The position numbers and the translations under genes are program-made. Below are positions 18,398-28,273 of a DNA stretch of 64,000 bases, one piece after another. The stretch comes from Chloroflexota bacterium (lineage in GTDB: Bacteria > Chloroflexota > Anaerolineae > Anaerolineales > DRMV01). The stretch is taken from NCBI GenBank assembly GCA_011322445.1, contig DRMV01000043.1, positions 73,948-137,947 of the forward strand. Reading direction: 5' to 3'. How positions within the stretch are numbered: position 1 is the stretch's first letter; each line of letters begins with the position of its first letter. The notes under the pieces are model-generated. The model had not been told where the DNA came from. It saw nothing but the letters and a program-made list of their open reading frames with translations, and ran no database searches.

Positions 18398-19912
18398 TCA
18401 GCGGTGGATGCGTTCCCAGCGAGAATACCACTTCCAGTTGCTGGTGTCGCGCTTGGCGCTGCGGATGACGTGCGCCGCCCGCAGGGTTTCCTGATGCGCC
18501 ACCAGGGTCGCCATAATCGCTGCAATTTCGGGGTAGGTTTCCCGCACTGCATCGGCCTCTTCCATCGAAAAGCGCTCTTCGACAAAACGGGTATCGAAAC
18601 TGCCTGCAATGAAGCGGCTCTGCTTGAGCAAATTCTGGTGAAACGGAATCGTGGTGCGCACGCCTACAATTTTGTATTCTTCCAACGCGCGGCGCATGCG
18701 CTGAATCGCGTGGCCGCGGGTTTCGCCCCACACGATGAGCTTGGAAATCAACGAATCGTAGTAGGGGGAAATCTCAAAACCAGAATACACCCCCGTATCC
18801 ACCCGCACACCGGGGCCGGTGGGCAGCAGCATGTGCTCGATGCGGCCAATGGAAGGCATGAAATTGTTGTAGGGATCTTCCGCATTGATGCGGGCTTCCA
18901 TCGCCCAGCCGTGCATTTGAATTTGCTCCTGCGTGTAACTCAGCGGCCTTCCTCTGGCTACACGAATTTGCTCTTTCACAATGTCCACACCGGTCACATA
19001 CTCGGTAATCGGGTGCTCCACCTGTAAGCGGGTGTTCATCTCCAGAAAGTAGAAATTCTTGTCCTTATCTACCAGGAATTCGATGGTGCCGGCGTTGATG
19101 TACCCCACCGCCTCCGCAGCCCGCACGGCCACGCCTCCCATTTTCTGGCGAAAGGCTTCATCCTGCCCCACAAAGGGGGAAGGCGACTCCTCAAAGAGCT
19201 TCTGATGCCGCCGCTGGATGGAGCATTCCCGCTCGCCCAGGTGGATGGTGTTGCCATGGGTGTCGGCCAAAATTTGAATTTCGATGTGGCGGGCGCCTTC
19301 GATGAGTTTTTCCAGATAGACGTTGCCATCGCCAAACGCGGCCTCGGCTTCCGCACGGGCCGAGCGCAGGGCCGCGGGCATCTCGTCCAGCGAGCGCACT
19401 TCGCGCATGCCCTTGCCGCCGCCGCCTGCCACGGCCTTGATGAGCAGAGGGAAACCAATTTTCGGCGCGAGGGCCAGCAATTCCTCGTCGTTCAGGTTGC
19501 CTTCGCCTTCCGTGCCGGGCACCACCGGCACGCCCGCAGCCGATACCGTGGCGCGCGCCATGGCTTTGTCGCCCATGGTGGCAATGGCATGAGGCTTAGG
19601 GCCGATGAACACGATGCCCTCATCCTCGCAAGCCTGCGCAAACTCGGCGCGCTCGGCCAGGAAGCCGTAGCCCGGATGAATCGCGCCCGCGCCCGATTTT
19701 TTGGCGACTTCCAGCAGTTTGTTCATCCGCAGGTAAGACTCGCGCGCCTGGGGCGGGCCAATGTAATAGGCTTCGTCGGCATAACGGACGTGCAACGCGT
19801 TGCGGTCAACGTCGGAATAGACGGCCACGGTCTGTAAGCCCAATTCGCGGCAGGCGCGGATCACTCGGACGGCGATTTCGCCACGGTTGGCAATCAGCAC
19901 TTTGTTGAACAT
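18398..19912 (-). CDS. accC: biotin carboxylase subunit of acetyl/propionyl-CoA carboxylase
   Basis: 504 aa. [28 protein letters not shown]-grasp motifs and a C-terminal BC domain. Confidence 0.9.
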   Translation of the reverse strand: MFNKVLIANRGEIAVRVIRACRELGLQTVAVYSDVDRNALHVRYADEAYYIGPPQARESYLRMNKLLEVAKKSGAGAIHPGYGFLAERAEFAQACEDEGIVFIGPKPHAIATMGDKAMARATVSAAGVPVVPGTEGEGNLNDEELLALAPKIGFPLLIKAVAGGGGKGMREVRSLDEMPAALRSARAEAEAAFGDGNVYLEKLIEGARHIEIQILADTHGNTIHLGERECSIQRRHQKLFEESPSPFVGQDEAFRQKMGGVAVRAAEAVGYINAGTIEFLVDKDKNFYFLEMNTRLQVEHPITEYVTGVDIVKEQIRVARGRPLSYTQEQIQMHGWAMEARINAEDPYNNFMPSIGRIEHMLLPTGPGVRVDTGVYSGFEISPYYDSLISKLIVWGETRGHAIQRMRRALEEYKIVGVRTTIPFHQNLLKQSRFIAGSFDTRFVEERFSMEEADAVRETYPEIAAIMATLVAHQETLRAAHVIRSAKRDTSNWKWYSRWERIHR

Positions 19913-19953
19913 GGGAACCTCGTGAGTGGTGACTTGGTTGCTTCGCTGCCTGG

Positions 19954-20553
19954 TTACTGGGTTGCCTGGTCGTGGTAAGCGCGCCCGACCTCAAAGGCTT
20001 TGCGGTTGACTTCCACCGCCTTTTGTGGCACACGGCGCACGATCACATCCAGCCAGTATTCCGGGGGCACGTCGGACATTTGGGCAGAAAGCGCGCCCAG
20101 CAAAATCGTGTTGGCAACCTTGCGGTTGCCGAGTTCCTCGGCCAGTTTGGGCGCGGGGATGAACACAATGCGGTCGGTCACAGCACGCGCCGCGGCAAGG
20201 GCTTCCTCAACCTCAGGGTAGCGCATGTCGCTCAGCGTGAGGGAAGGCGGCGGCAGGGTTTCGCTGCTCAGCAAGAGCACACCACCGGGCTTGAGGTAAT
20301 GCAAAAAACGCATCCCCTCGACGATTTCCTGGCCGATGAGGTAATCCACCTCGCCCACCGAAATCAGGGGGGAATGCACCCGCTCGCCCCAGCGCACGTG
20401 GCTGACCACCACGCCGCCCCGCTGGGCCATGCCGTGCACTTCGGATTTCTTGGCTTCCAGCCCTTGCGCCAGCCCCACCTGGGCAATGATGTCAGCGGCC
20501 AGCAGGGTGCCCTGCCCGCCGACGCCAGTTACGAGGAAATTGGTTACGGTCAT
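19954..20553 (-). CDS. iorB: indolepyruvate:ferredoxin oxidoreductase subunit beta
   Basis: [19 protein letters not shown] motif. ATG 20553 preferred, but GTG 20565 (GTGA overlap with iorA) is also possible. Confidence 0.85.
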   Translation of the reverse strand: MTVTNFLVTGVGGQGTLLAADIIAQVGLAQGLEAKKSEVHGMAQRGGVVVSHVRWGERVHSPLISVGEVDYLIGQEIVEGMRFLHYLKPGGVLLLSSETLPPPSLTLSDMRYPEVEEALAAARAVTDRIVFIPAPKLAEELGNRKVANTILLGALSAQMSDVPPEYWLDVIVRRVPQKAVEVNRKAFEVGRAYHDQATQ

Positions 20554-20561
20554 GGCATCCC

Positions 20562-22361
20562 TCACAATTTGAACTCAATCGGCGCGCCCGGCTCAATGGC
20601 CTGACGGGCGCAAACATCGTAGCACTGGCCGCAACCCACGCACTGGGCGGGGTCAATCCACGCCTTGGGTCGGCCGCTTTCCACATCAATCACGTCGCTC
20701 TTCAAAATGGCCGGGCAGCCGATGCGGAAGCACAAGGTGCAGCCGTTGCACGCGTCCTCAATGATGCGGTAGGGCTCGCGGGTGTAGTGCTCGCGGAAGA
20801 CGCAGATGTCGTGGCTGACCACCACCGCCGGGCCGGGGAAATCCAGCGCCTCGCGGATGGCCTTTTCCAGCGCCGGCCAGTCGCGCGATTCCACGGTCGC
20901 CACATATTCCACGCCCATGGCGCGCGCCACTTCGGCGATGTCAATGCGCTTGCCGGGGCGGCCTTGCAGGGTGTCGCCCGAGGCGGGGTTGCCCTGATGG
21001 CCGGTCATGCCGGTGTTGCGGTTGTCCAGCACGATGACGGTGACGGGCGTTTGGTTGTACACCGCGCTGGCGAGGGCTGGCAGGCCGGTGTGGAAGAAAG
21101 TGCTGTCGCCGATGACGGCCACGTTGCGCCGCGGGCGGCCGCGGAACTTGCCCAGGCCCGCGATGGTCATGCCGCTGGCCACGCCGATGCTCGCACCCAT
21201 GCAGCCGATGGTGTCGGTGGTATCCAGCGGCGGCAGCACGGCCAGCGAATAGCAGCCGATGTCGGAATTGACCACTACCTTGAGTTTGCGCAAAATCCAA
21301 AACACATCGCGGTGCCCGCAGCCTGCGCACATCACCGGCGGGCGGGGCGGCAGGTCGGCCAAAGGCGGTGCGGGCTTGCGGCCGCTGGGCGGCAGCAGGC
21401 CGGCCTTTTCGGCCGATTCGCGCACCACGTCCAAAGTGAATTCGCCCACCATGGGGAAAATGTCCTTCCCGCGCACCTGAATGCCCAGCCGCCGCACCCA
21501 ATCTTCAATGAACGGGTCAAGTTCTTCCACCACGATGAGTTGCTCCACGCCAGCGGCAAATTCCCGAATCAGGCGCTCGGGCAGGGGCCAGGCCATGCCT
21601 AGTTTGAGGAACGAGGCGTTGGGGAAGACCTCGCGGGCATAGTTGTAGGCCGCGCCCGCGCTGATGATGCCCAACTTGCGGTCGCCCCACGCAATGCGGT
21701 TGATTTCCGCGGTCTCCGCCCATTCCCGCAGTTTGCGGATGCGCTCTTCAATGATGGGATGGCGTCCGCGGGCGTTGGAGGGAATCATCACATACTTGGC
21801 CGGGTTGCGCTCGTATTTCCGCTGGGGGTGCACGGTGCGCTCGCCCAGCGTTACCACCGATTTGGCGTGCGAAACCCGGGTGGTGGAGCGAATCAGCACC
21901 GGGGTATCGTATTCCTCGCTGAGTTCGTAGGCGAGGATGGTGAAATCTTTGGCTTCCTGACTGTCACTGGGTTCCAGCATGGGCACTTTGGCAAAACGGG
22001 CGTAGTTGCGGTTGTCTTGCTCGTTTTGCGAAGAGTGCATACCGGGGTCGTCGGCGGTGACGATGACCAGCCCCGCGTTGACGCCGGTGTAAGAGGAGTA
22101 AAACAGGGATTCGGAAGCCACGTTCAGGCCAACGTGCTTCATGGTCGCGAGGGCGCGCTTGCCCGCGTAGGCCGCGCCGATGGCTACATCCAGGGCGACC
22201 TTTTCATTGGCCGACCATTCAGCATACACATCGTCGAACGTGGCAAAGGCCTGCAAAATCTCGGTACTTGGCGTGCCAGGATAGGCCGCGGCAATTTCCA
22301 CGCCCGCTTCCCACGCGCCGCGAGCAATGGCTTCGTTACCGCTGAGCAGGGCTTTTTCCAT
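20562..22361 (-). CDS. iorA: indolepyruvate:ferredoxin oxidoreductase subunit alpha
   Basis: LSGNEAIARGAWEAGV..AAYPGTPSTEI, a TPP-binding region and two C-terminal ferredoxin-type Cys clusters. ATG 22361 has a GGAGG RBS. Confidence 0.9.
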   Translation of the reverse strand: MEKALLSGNEAIARGAWEAGVEIAAAYPGTPSTEILQAFATFDDVYAEWSANEKVALDVAIGAAYAGKRALATMKHVGLNVASESLFYSSYTGVNAGLVIVTADDPGMHSSQNEQDNRNYARFAKVPMLEPSDSQEAKDFTILAYELSEEYDTPVLIRSTTRVSHAKSVVTLGERTVHPQRKYERNPAKYVMIPSNARGRHPIIEERIRKLREWAETAEINRIAWGDRKLGIISAGAAYNYAREVFPNASFLKLGMAWPLPERLIREFAAGVEQLIVVEELDPFIEDWVRRLGIQVRGKDIFPMVGEFTLDVVRESAEKAGLLPPSGRKPAPPLADLPPRPPVMCAGCGHRDVFWILRKLKVVVNSDIGCYSLAVLPPLDTTDTIGCMGASIGVASGMTIAGLGKFRGRPRRNVAVIGDSTFFHTGLPALASAVYNQTPVTVIVLDNRNTGMTGHQGNPASGDTLQGRPGKRIDIAEVARAMGVEYVATVESRDWPALEKAIREALDFPGPAVVVSHDICVFREHYTREPYRIIEDACNGCTLCFRIGCPAILKSDVIDVESGRPKAWIDPAQCVGCGQCYDVCARQAIEPGAPIEFKL

Positions 22362-22373
22362 CAAAACCTCCGG

Positions 22374-22405
22374 GGTAGTCAGTTAGTCGTTTGGTCGGGC
22401 AGTCA
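22374..22405. repeat. tandem octamer array, 4 units (GGTAGTCA-like)
   Basis: GGTAGTCA GTTAGTCG TTTGGTCG GGCAGTCA on the plus strand. It fills the iorA/hydrolase spacer and runs into the hydrolase stop codon. Confidence 0.5.
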
Positions 22406-23137
22406 CGTGGTCTGGCTCGTGAGGAAATCAAGCAGCAGGGGGTTGAAGGCTTCAGGGCGCTCTTGGGGCAGCATGTGCGGCGCATCGTGGATCAGGGCCA
22501 ATTGGGCATTGGGAAGCGCCTCAGCAATGGCTTCCGCATGGCTGGGGGGCGCGTATTCGTCTGCAGTGCCCTGCACCACCAGCGCAGGGGCTTTCACACG
22601 CTGCAAAAGCGGGCGGGCATCCCAACCCAGCACGCCAGGGCGATGCCAGCCGTGGTACCACATCTCAAACACCGCTGCCCCGCGGCCCCGGTGGGTGCGG
22701 TCCAGCGCCCGGCGGAAGGCTTCCGAGGTTTCATAAGTCCGCCGCAGGGCTTCCATGCCAGGCTGCATGGTGGGGTCCACATACACATGCGCGGCCACGG
22801 TGACCAAAGCCCGCACGCGCTCGGGGTGCTGAGCGGCAAAATAAAGCGCGATGGTGCCGCCGTCGCTGTGCCCCACCAGCGCCACCTGGTCCAGCCCCAA
22901 GGCGTCGAGCAACGCCCGCAGGTCTTCCACATCAGGCTCAAACCAGGGCGTGTGCAACTGCGCCCGCGGCCCGGCTGCACCGTAGCCCCAACGGTCGTAG
23001 GTCAGCACCCGAAAGCCGGCTTTCACGAGCGCGGGCACCTGGGCGCGCCATGCAGCGCTGCTGCCCAGGCCGTGGTGCAAGAGCACTACGGGGAAGCCCT
23101 CAGGCGGGCCGTGGAAGGTGTGTGCGAGGCGGTGCAT
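22403..23137 (-). CDS. alpha/beta-fold hydrolase
   Basis: HG-type oxyanion VVLLHHGLGS, nucleophile elbow GHSDGG and a C-terminal catalytic-His region. Start chosen at MHRLAHTF. Confidence 0.75.
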   Translation of the reverse strand: MHRLAHTFHGPPEGFPVVLLHHGLGSSAAWRAQVPALVKAGFRVLTYDRWGYGAAGPRAQLHTPWFEPDVEDLRALLDALGLDQVALVGHSDGGTIALYFAAQHPERVRALVTVAAHVYVDPTMQPGMEALRRTYETSEAFRRALDRTHRGRGAAVFEMWYHGWHRPGVLGWDARPLLQRVKAPALVVQGTADEYAPPSHAEAIAEALPNAQLALIHDAPHMLPQERPEAFNPLLLDFLTSQTT

Positions 23138-23147
23138 GGTAAAACAA

Positions 23148-23168
23148 GGTGCAAGGCGCAGGTTGCAA
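23148..23168. repeat. short heptamer array, 3 units
   Basis: GGTGCAA GGCGCAG GTTGCAA in the 34-nt spacer between the carboxyltransferase stop and the hydrolase start. Confidence 0.4.
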
Positions 23169-23171
23169 GGG

Positions 23172-24740
23172 TTACAGCGGAATGTTACCGTGTTTCTTCG
23201 GCGGGTTGGAATCGCGCTTGTTTTGCAGCATTTCCAACGCGTTGATGAGCACCGGGCGGGTTTCTCGCGGTTCAATGACGTCGTCCAGGTAACCGCGCGC
23301 CGCCGCGATGTAGGGGTTGGCGAATTTCTTGCGATATTCGGCCACCAACTCGGCCTTGCGCGCCACCGGGTCGTCGGCTTCTTCCAATTCGCGGCGGAAG
23401 ATGATGTTCACCGCACCATCCGGCCCCATCACCGCCAGTTCCGCCGAAGGCCAGGCAATGTTGAAATCGCCGCGCAGGTGCTTGCTGCTCATGACGTCGT
23501 ACGCGCCGCCATACGCTTTGCGGGTCACCACCGTCAGTTTGGGTACGGTAGCCTCAGCATAAGCAAAGAGCAACTTGGCGCCCGAGCGAATGATACCGCC
23601 GTATTCCTGCACCGTGCCGGGCATAAAACCGGGCACGTCTTCGAACGTCAGCAGAGGAATGTTGAAAGCATCGCAAAAACGGATGAAGCGAGCGGCCTTT
23701 TCCGACGCGTTGATATCCAGCACACCGGCCAGCACCGCAGGCTGGTTGGCAATGATGCCCACAGTGCGTCCGCCCAGGCGAGCAAACCCCACCACAATGT
23801 TCGGGGCGAACTGCTCATGGATTTCATAAAACTCCCCGTTGTCCACCACCAGGTGGATGACATCTTTGATATCGTAAGGTTTACCGGGGTCGTCGGGCAC
23901 AATCGTATCCAGCGCGTCTTCCATCCGCAGCGGGTCGTCGCCGGTTTCCAACAACGGCGGGTCTTCCATGTTGTTCTGCGGCAGGAAAGAAAGCAGCCGC
24001 CGCACCGACATCAGGGTTTCGGCCTCCGAATCGTGCACCACGTGCGCCACACCCGACTTGGTGGCGTGAACATCCGCACCGCCCAAATCCTCGAAAGTCA
24101 CATCTTCATGGGTCACGGCCTTGACCACTTGCGGGCCGGTGACGAACATGTAAGACGAACCGCGCACCATGAAAATGAAATCGGTGATTGCGGGGGAATA
24201 CACCGCGCCGCCCGCGGCAGGCCCCATGATCACGCTAATTTGGGGCACCACGCCCGAGGCCAGGGTGTTGCGCAGGAAAATTTCCGCATAGCCACCAAGG
24301 GAATCCACGCCCTCTTGAATACGCGCCCCGCCCGAATCGTTCAAGCCAATAATCGGCGCGCCATTTTTCAGCGCCATATCCATAATTTTGATAATTTTGC
24401 GGGCGTGGGCTTCGCCCAAACTGCCACCCATTACCGTGAAATCCTGCGAAAAGACATACACCAGGCGGCCTTCGATCGTGCCCCAGCCGGTCACCACCCC
24501 ATCGCCGAGATAGCGTTTCTCGGCCATGCCAAACTCGGTGGCCCGGTGGGTCACGAACATGTCGATTTCGCGGAAAGAGCCGCGATCGAGCAGCAAATCG
24601 AGGCGCTCGCGCGCCGTCAACTTACCTTTCTTGTGCCGCGCCTCAATGCGCTTGGGACCACCACCCAGGCGAGCCTGGGTCTTCATCTTTCGCAGGCGTT
24701 CGATTTTGGGGTCGGGATGTTCACTCATCGTCTGCTCCAA
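23172..24740 (-). CDS. pccB: acyl-CoA carboxylase carboxyltransferase (propionyl-CoA carboxylase beta / methylmalonyl-CoA carboxyltransferase type)
   Basis: 522 aa with typical CT N- and C-domains ([30 protein letters not shown]). An alternative start at 24728 is possible. Confidence 0.9.
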   Translation of the reverse strand: MEQTMSEHPDPKIERLRKMKTQARLGGGPKRIEARHKKGKLTARERLDLLLDRGSFREIDMFVTHRATEFGMAEKRYLGDGVVTGWGTIEGRLVYVFSQDFTVMGGSLGEAHARKIIKIMDMALKNGAPIIGLNDSGGARIQEGVDSLGGYAEIFLRNTLASGVVPQISVIMGPAAGGAVYSPAITDFIFMVRGSSYMFVTGPQVVKAVTHEDVTFEDLGGADVHATKSGVAHVVHDSEAETLMSVRRLLSFLPQNNMEDPPLLETGDDPLRMEDALDTIVPDDPGKPYDIKDVIHLVVDNGEFYEIHEQFAPNIVVGFARLGGRTVGIIANQPAVLAGVLDINASEKAARFIRFCDAFNIPLLTFEDVPGFMPGTVQEYGGIIRSGAKLLFAYAEATVPKLTVVTRKAYGGAYDVMSSKHLRGDFNIAWPSAELAVMGPDGAVNIIFRRELEEADDPVARKAELVAEYRKKFANPYIAAARGYLDDVIEPRETRPVLINALEMLQNKRDSNPPKKHGNIPL

Positions 24741-25158
24741 AAAGAGAATTCCAAATTGGCGGCGAGGTCAACACCAGCACCGCGACCACGATAACCGCTG
24801 TCAAAACGAGCGCAAAACGCTCATTCTGGCGAAACACAGCGTTTTGCGCCAGCACATAGCGGTCGAGCCACCAGAAAGCACTAAACAACGTGACCGTGGC
24901 CGCCGTGGCCGCCGCAGCCCACCGGTGGCTGGTCAACAGCATCATCCAGGTCATGAGGCCAGCAACCAGCCACGCTGCGCCGCTCACAGCCAGGTAAAGC
25001 CACGGCACCTCCAGCGGCAGGGCTTGCAACCACGCAGCGCCGCGCCACGCCGCGCCGAGACGCAAACCGCCCCAGGCCGTTATGAACAACACCACGACCT
25101 GCAAAAAAGTCGCGGCGAGAAACGAAATCGCCCTGGCCCCTGCAACGCGCCTGCTCAT
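24721..25158 (-). CDS. hypothetical integral membrane protein
   Basis: 145 aa with 4 predicted hydrophobic helices. Translationally coupled (overlaps) on both sides within the operon. No family recognised. Confidence 0.5.
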   Translation of the reverse strand: MSRRVAGARAISFLAATFLQVVVLFITAWGGLRLGAAWRGAAWLQALPLEVPWLYLAVSGAAWLVAGLMTWMMLLTSHRWAAAATAATVTLFSAFWWLDRYVLAQNAVFRQNERFALVLTAVIVVAVLVLTSPPIWNSLFGADDE

Positions 25159-26186
25159 GGGATTTCCAGCGTAATTTTGCCCAACTGCTCACCTCGCGCC
25201 AGCCGCTCCTGCGCCGCGCGAGCCTCTGCCAGCGGGAAAGTTTTGTCCAGCACCGGCTTCAGTTTGCCCTGGAACACCAACCGCATGACGTCCCGAAAAT
25301 CTTTCTGGGGCGACATAGTGGAACCAATCACGCTCAGATGCTTGCCGAAAATGTAGCGGTTGTCAATCTGGAACTTCGGGCCGCCGGTATTGCCCACGGT
25401 CAGCACCCGCCCGCCCTTGCGCGCGGCCTTGAAACTCAGCGGGAATGTGGTGCCGACATTGTCCACCACCACATCCACGCCGCGCTTGCCGGTCAGGCGA
25501 TAAACTTCCTTTGCCCAGTTTTCGGTTTGCGAGCGGTCAATCAAGAAATCTGCCCCCAGCGCCTCGGCCAGCGCAAGTTTTTTTGCACTGGAACCCACCA
25601 CGACCACCCGGCAGCCCGCGAGTTTGGCGATCTGAATGCTGGCGGTGTTCACGCCGCCCGAAGCACCAACGACGAGCACCCACTCGCCCGCTTTCAGGCC
25701 ACCGCGGGTAATGAGGGAATGCCACGCGGTTTGGAACACCAACGCTGCGGCCGCGGCTTCGTGATAGCCGAAACCGTTGGGCAAGGCTATCAGGTTGGCT
25801 TCCGGCACGACCACATATTCGGCATACGTGCCCGCGCGGGTCTCGCCCAGCAACTGCCAGTGCTCGCAGAGGTTATCCTGCCCCGCGAGGCAGAACTCGC
25901 ACTTGCCGCAGCCAATGTTAGGGTTGATGACCACCCGGTCGCCCACCTGCCACTGCGTGACGCCCGCGCCCACCGCGGCCACCTCACCCGCACCATCGGC
26001 GCCCAAAATGTGGGGATAAGTGAGGCGGATACCCGGCCAGCCTTCCCGCACCCACAGATCAAGCCGGTTGAGCGCTGCAGCGCGCAGCCGCACCAACACT
26101 TCCCCCGCGCCAGGCTCGGGGGTGGGCACGTCGCCATATTGCAACACGTCAGGCCCACCGTGCTCGTGGAAGAAAACGGCTTTCAT
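25155..26186 (-). CDS. zinc-type medium-chain dehydrogenase/reductase (ADH / quinone oxidoreductase family)
   Basis: GHE-like HILGADGAG, structural-Zn Cys cluster CGKCEFCLAGQDNLC and Rossmann motif VGASGGVN. Confidence 0.8.
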   Translation of the reverse strand: MKAVFFHEHGGPDVLQYGDVPTPEPGAGEVLVRLRAAALNRLDLWVREGWPGIRLTYPHILGADGAGEVAAVGAGVTQWQVGDRVVINPNIGCGKCEFCLAGQDNLCEHWQLLGETRAGTYAEYVVVPEANLIALPNGFGYHEAAAAALVFQTAWHSLITRGGLKAGEWVLVVGASGGVNTASIQIAKLAGCRVVVVGSSAKKLALAEALGADFLIDRSQTENWAKEVYRLTGKRGVDVVVDNVGTTFPLSFKAARKGGRVLTVGNTGGPKFQIDNRYIFGKHLSVIGSTMSPQKDFRDVMRLVFQGKLKPVLDKTFPLAEARAAQERLARGEQLGKITLEIP

Positions 26187-26204
26187 GCATCACGCTCCGT
26201 ATTT

Positions 26205-26274
26205 ATTGCGAATTGCAAATTGCGAATTGCGGAAGCAACTTCCACAATTCGCAATTCCTCATTCCTTCATTCGC
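26205..26274. repeat. heptamer array (ATTGCGA-type) arranged as an inverted repeat
   Basis: ATTGCGA ATTGCAA ATTGCGA ATTGCGG ... ATTCGCA ATTCCTC ATTCCTT. A 14-bp stem GCGAATTGCGGAAG/CTTCCACAATTCGC (1 mismatch) spans 26222-26252. Confidence 0.6.
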
Positions 26275-26280
26275 AACTAC

Positions 26281-27456
26281 TCACACCCGCAAGCCGGTTT
26301 CCAGGCGGGCAATCACCAGGCGTTGAATTTCACTGGTGCCTTCGTAAATTTCCGTAATTTTAGCATCGCGGAAGTAGCGCTCCACCGGCAGTTCTTTGGA
26401 ATAACCCATCCCGCCGTGGATTTGCACTGCCGCCCACGCGCAATACATCGCCGTCTCTGCCGCGAAGAGTTTCGCCATCGAGGCTTCCAGCGTATAGCGC
26501 TCCCCGGTTTTCTTGGCCTTCTCTTTAGCCAATGCAGCGTTGAAAGTCAAGGCGCGTGCGGCCTCAATGCGGCTTTTCATATCGGCAATCTTAAAGCCCG
26601 TGCCCTGGAATTCGCCAATAGGGTGCCCGAAGGCTTCGCGTTCCTGCACGTATTGGCGAGCGGCCTCGTAAGCAGCCTCTGCAATGCCCAACGCCTGCGC
26701 GGCAATGCCAATGCGGCCGGCATCGAGCACCGCCATCGCGATCTTGAAGCCCTGGCCTTCTTCGCCAATACGGTTTTCCACCGGCACCTTGACGTTCTCG
26801 AAGCCAATTTCGCTGGTGGCCGAAGCCCGAATGCCCAGTTTCGGCTCCTTGCGGCCGCGTACCAGGCCAGGGGTATCGCCATCCACGATGAAGGCAGTGA
26901 TGCCTTTGTGCCCCTTGGAAGGATCGGTCATGGCAAACACCACGAAATAATCGGCCACCGGCCCGCTGGTGATCCAGTTCTTGCGGCCGTTGAGAATGTA
27001 ATAATCGCCTTCCCGCACGGCACGGGTGCGCATGTTGGCTGCGTCGGAACCGGACGAAGGTTCGGTTAACGCGTAAGCGCCGATGGCTTGACCCGACGCC
27101 ACCGGCACCACATACTTTTGCTTCTGCTCTTCGGTACCGTAGTGAAGAATACCGTGGCAGAAGAGCGAGTTGTTGACCGACATAATGGTGCCGTGGGCGG
27201 CATCCACCTTGCTAATCTCCATCTCTGCCAGCACATAAGCCAGGGTATCCATGCCCGCGCCGCCGTATTCTTCCGGCACTTCGATGCCCATAAAGCCCAT
27301 CTCGCCCATCTTGCGGATGGTTTCCATTGGGAATTCGCCGCTTTCGTCGAATTCAGCCGCAATGGGGGCAATTTCTTGCTCGGCAAATTCGCGCGCCGCT
27401 TGCTGAATCATGCGGTGCTCATCGGTAAGAATGTGTTCAAACGCAAAACGGCCCAT
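26281..27456 (-). CDS. acyl-CoA dehydrogenase (short/branched-chain type)
   Basis: Typical ACAD layout (LTDEHRMIQ, YALTEPSSGSDA, C-terminal YEGTSEIQRLVIAR). ATG 27456 has a GGAGG RBS. Confidence 0.9.
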   Translation of the reverse strand: MGRFAFEHILTDEHRMIQQAAREFAEQEIAPIAAEFDESGEFPMETIRKMGEMGFMGIEVPEEYGGAGMDTLAYVLAEMEISKVDAAHGTIMSVNNSLFCHGILHYGTEEQKQKYVVPVASGQAIGAYALTEPSSGSDAANMRTRAVREGDYYILNGRKNWITSGPVADYFVVFAMTDPSKGHKGITAFIVDGDTPGLVRGRKEPKLGIRASATSEIGFENVKVPVENRIGEEGQGFKIAMAVLDAGRIGIAAQALGIAEAAYEAARQYVQEREAFGHPIGEFQGTGFKIADMKSRIEAARALTFNAALAKEKAKKTGERYTLEASMAKLFAAETAMYCAWAAVQIHGGMGYSKELPVERYFRDAKITEIYEGTSEIQRLVIARLETGLRV

Positions 27457-27500
27457 GTCAACCTCCGTCAAGGATAGATAACAATTAGTCAAGCGTTGCC

Positions 27501-27509
27501 ATTATAGCA
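27501..27509 (-). promoter_or_regulatory. extended -10 promoter of the long ACAD-to-BCCP operon
   Basis: Minus strand reads TGCTATAAT, about 45 nt upstream of the ACAD ATG. Confidence 0.5.
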
Positions 27510-27575
27510 CGGGAAGCCGCGCGACACGCTCAGCAAAGGCACCTTCAGGAAGCCAGCATCTCTCCCCGGCCAGCC

Positions 27576-28235
27576 CTACCGCCAGCGGCGCAAAGCCCCA
27601 AAGGCCAGCAACAACCCCAACAAGGCCCCTGCCCCATACAAGCCAGCCCGCGTCAGGGTTTCGGCGGGCAAGCGCGCCGGGTTAGGGGGAAAGGGTGTAG
27701 GCGTAGGCCAGCGGGGGGTCGCGGTGGGCAAGGGGGTCGCGGTGGCCGTAGGACGCGGCGTTCCCCCCACGGCAGGGGCAGGGGTGGGGGTTTCCACGGG
27801 GGTGTAATTGCGCACGCGCACCGGCACAGTGGCTTCCCATTGTCGGCCATCAGCGGCCTCCACCACCAGCCTGAGCACATAATCGCCATCGGTCAGGGTC
27901 GTCGTATCCCATCGGGCAATCAACCCCTCATGGGCAGGGATGTGCCGGGTGGCAATCCAAAACCAGGTGTGGGTGGGATCATCCGCATAGCCAAAATACA
28001 AGGTCGCCGTCTTAAAACCTGCCACATCGGTCACCCCCAAAACCCGCGCCTGCCCTTGCAGCGCCTGATGGGGTTTGGGCGCTGTAATTGCCACCGGGCC
28101 GGGGGTAGGCGTAGGCGTCAAGGCATGCGCCGGCCACACCCTGCCCAGCCATATCATCCCCAGCCCCAATATCACCACCCAGCGCCACAACTTCACGCAG
28201 CACTCTCCGCGCATTGGCTTCCCCAGAAAAAGCAA
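27576..28235 (-). CDS. hypothetical secreted/anchored protein with Ig-like domain
   Basis: N-terminal signal-like helix, T/P-rich linkers, a beta-rich core (WDTTTLTDGDYVLRLVV) and a C-terminal TM followed by RRWR. No family assigned. Confidence 0.5.
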   Translation of the reverse strand: MLFLGKPMRGECCVKLWRWVVILGLGMIWLGRVWPAHALTPTPTPGPVAITAPKPHQALQGQARVLGVTDVAGFKTATLYFGYADDPTHTWFWIATRHIPAHEGLIARWDTTTLTDGDYVLRLVVEAADGRQWEATVPVRVRNYTPVETPTPAPAVGGTPRPTATATPLPTATPRWPTPTPFPPNPARLPAETLTRAGLYGAGALLGLLLAFGALRRWR

Positions 28236-28273
28236 AAGCGCGCCACAAAGGGCGCGCTTCTGCTCACCAGGGT

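Noticed and set aside
18087-18494. Small ORFs translating the heptamer arrays into KMQDA-type peptide repeats (also 57424-57725)
   Set aside because: A period of 7 nt is not a codon multiple. All three frames stay open simply because the unit lacks stop codons. There is no RBS, and the arrays sit between well-supported genes on the opposite strand.
19921-19970. 8-nt periodicity (TGCCTGGT-like) at the iorB/accC junction as a further repeat array
   Set aside because: The units are highly degenerate and more than half of the stretch is the iorB C-terminal coding sequence. It is too weak to call by eye.
23118-24794. 558-aa plus-strand ORF
   Set aside because: It lies antisense to the carboxyltransferase (pccB-like) gene and is a shadow ORF. 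The same reasoning applies to the 20787-21602, 21759-22736 and 25338-26357 plus-strand ORFs, which lie opposite iorA and the MDR gene.
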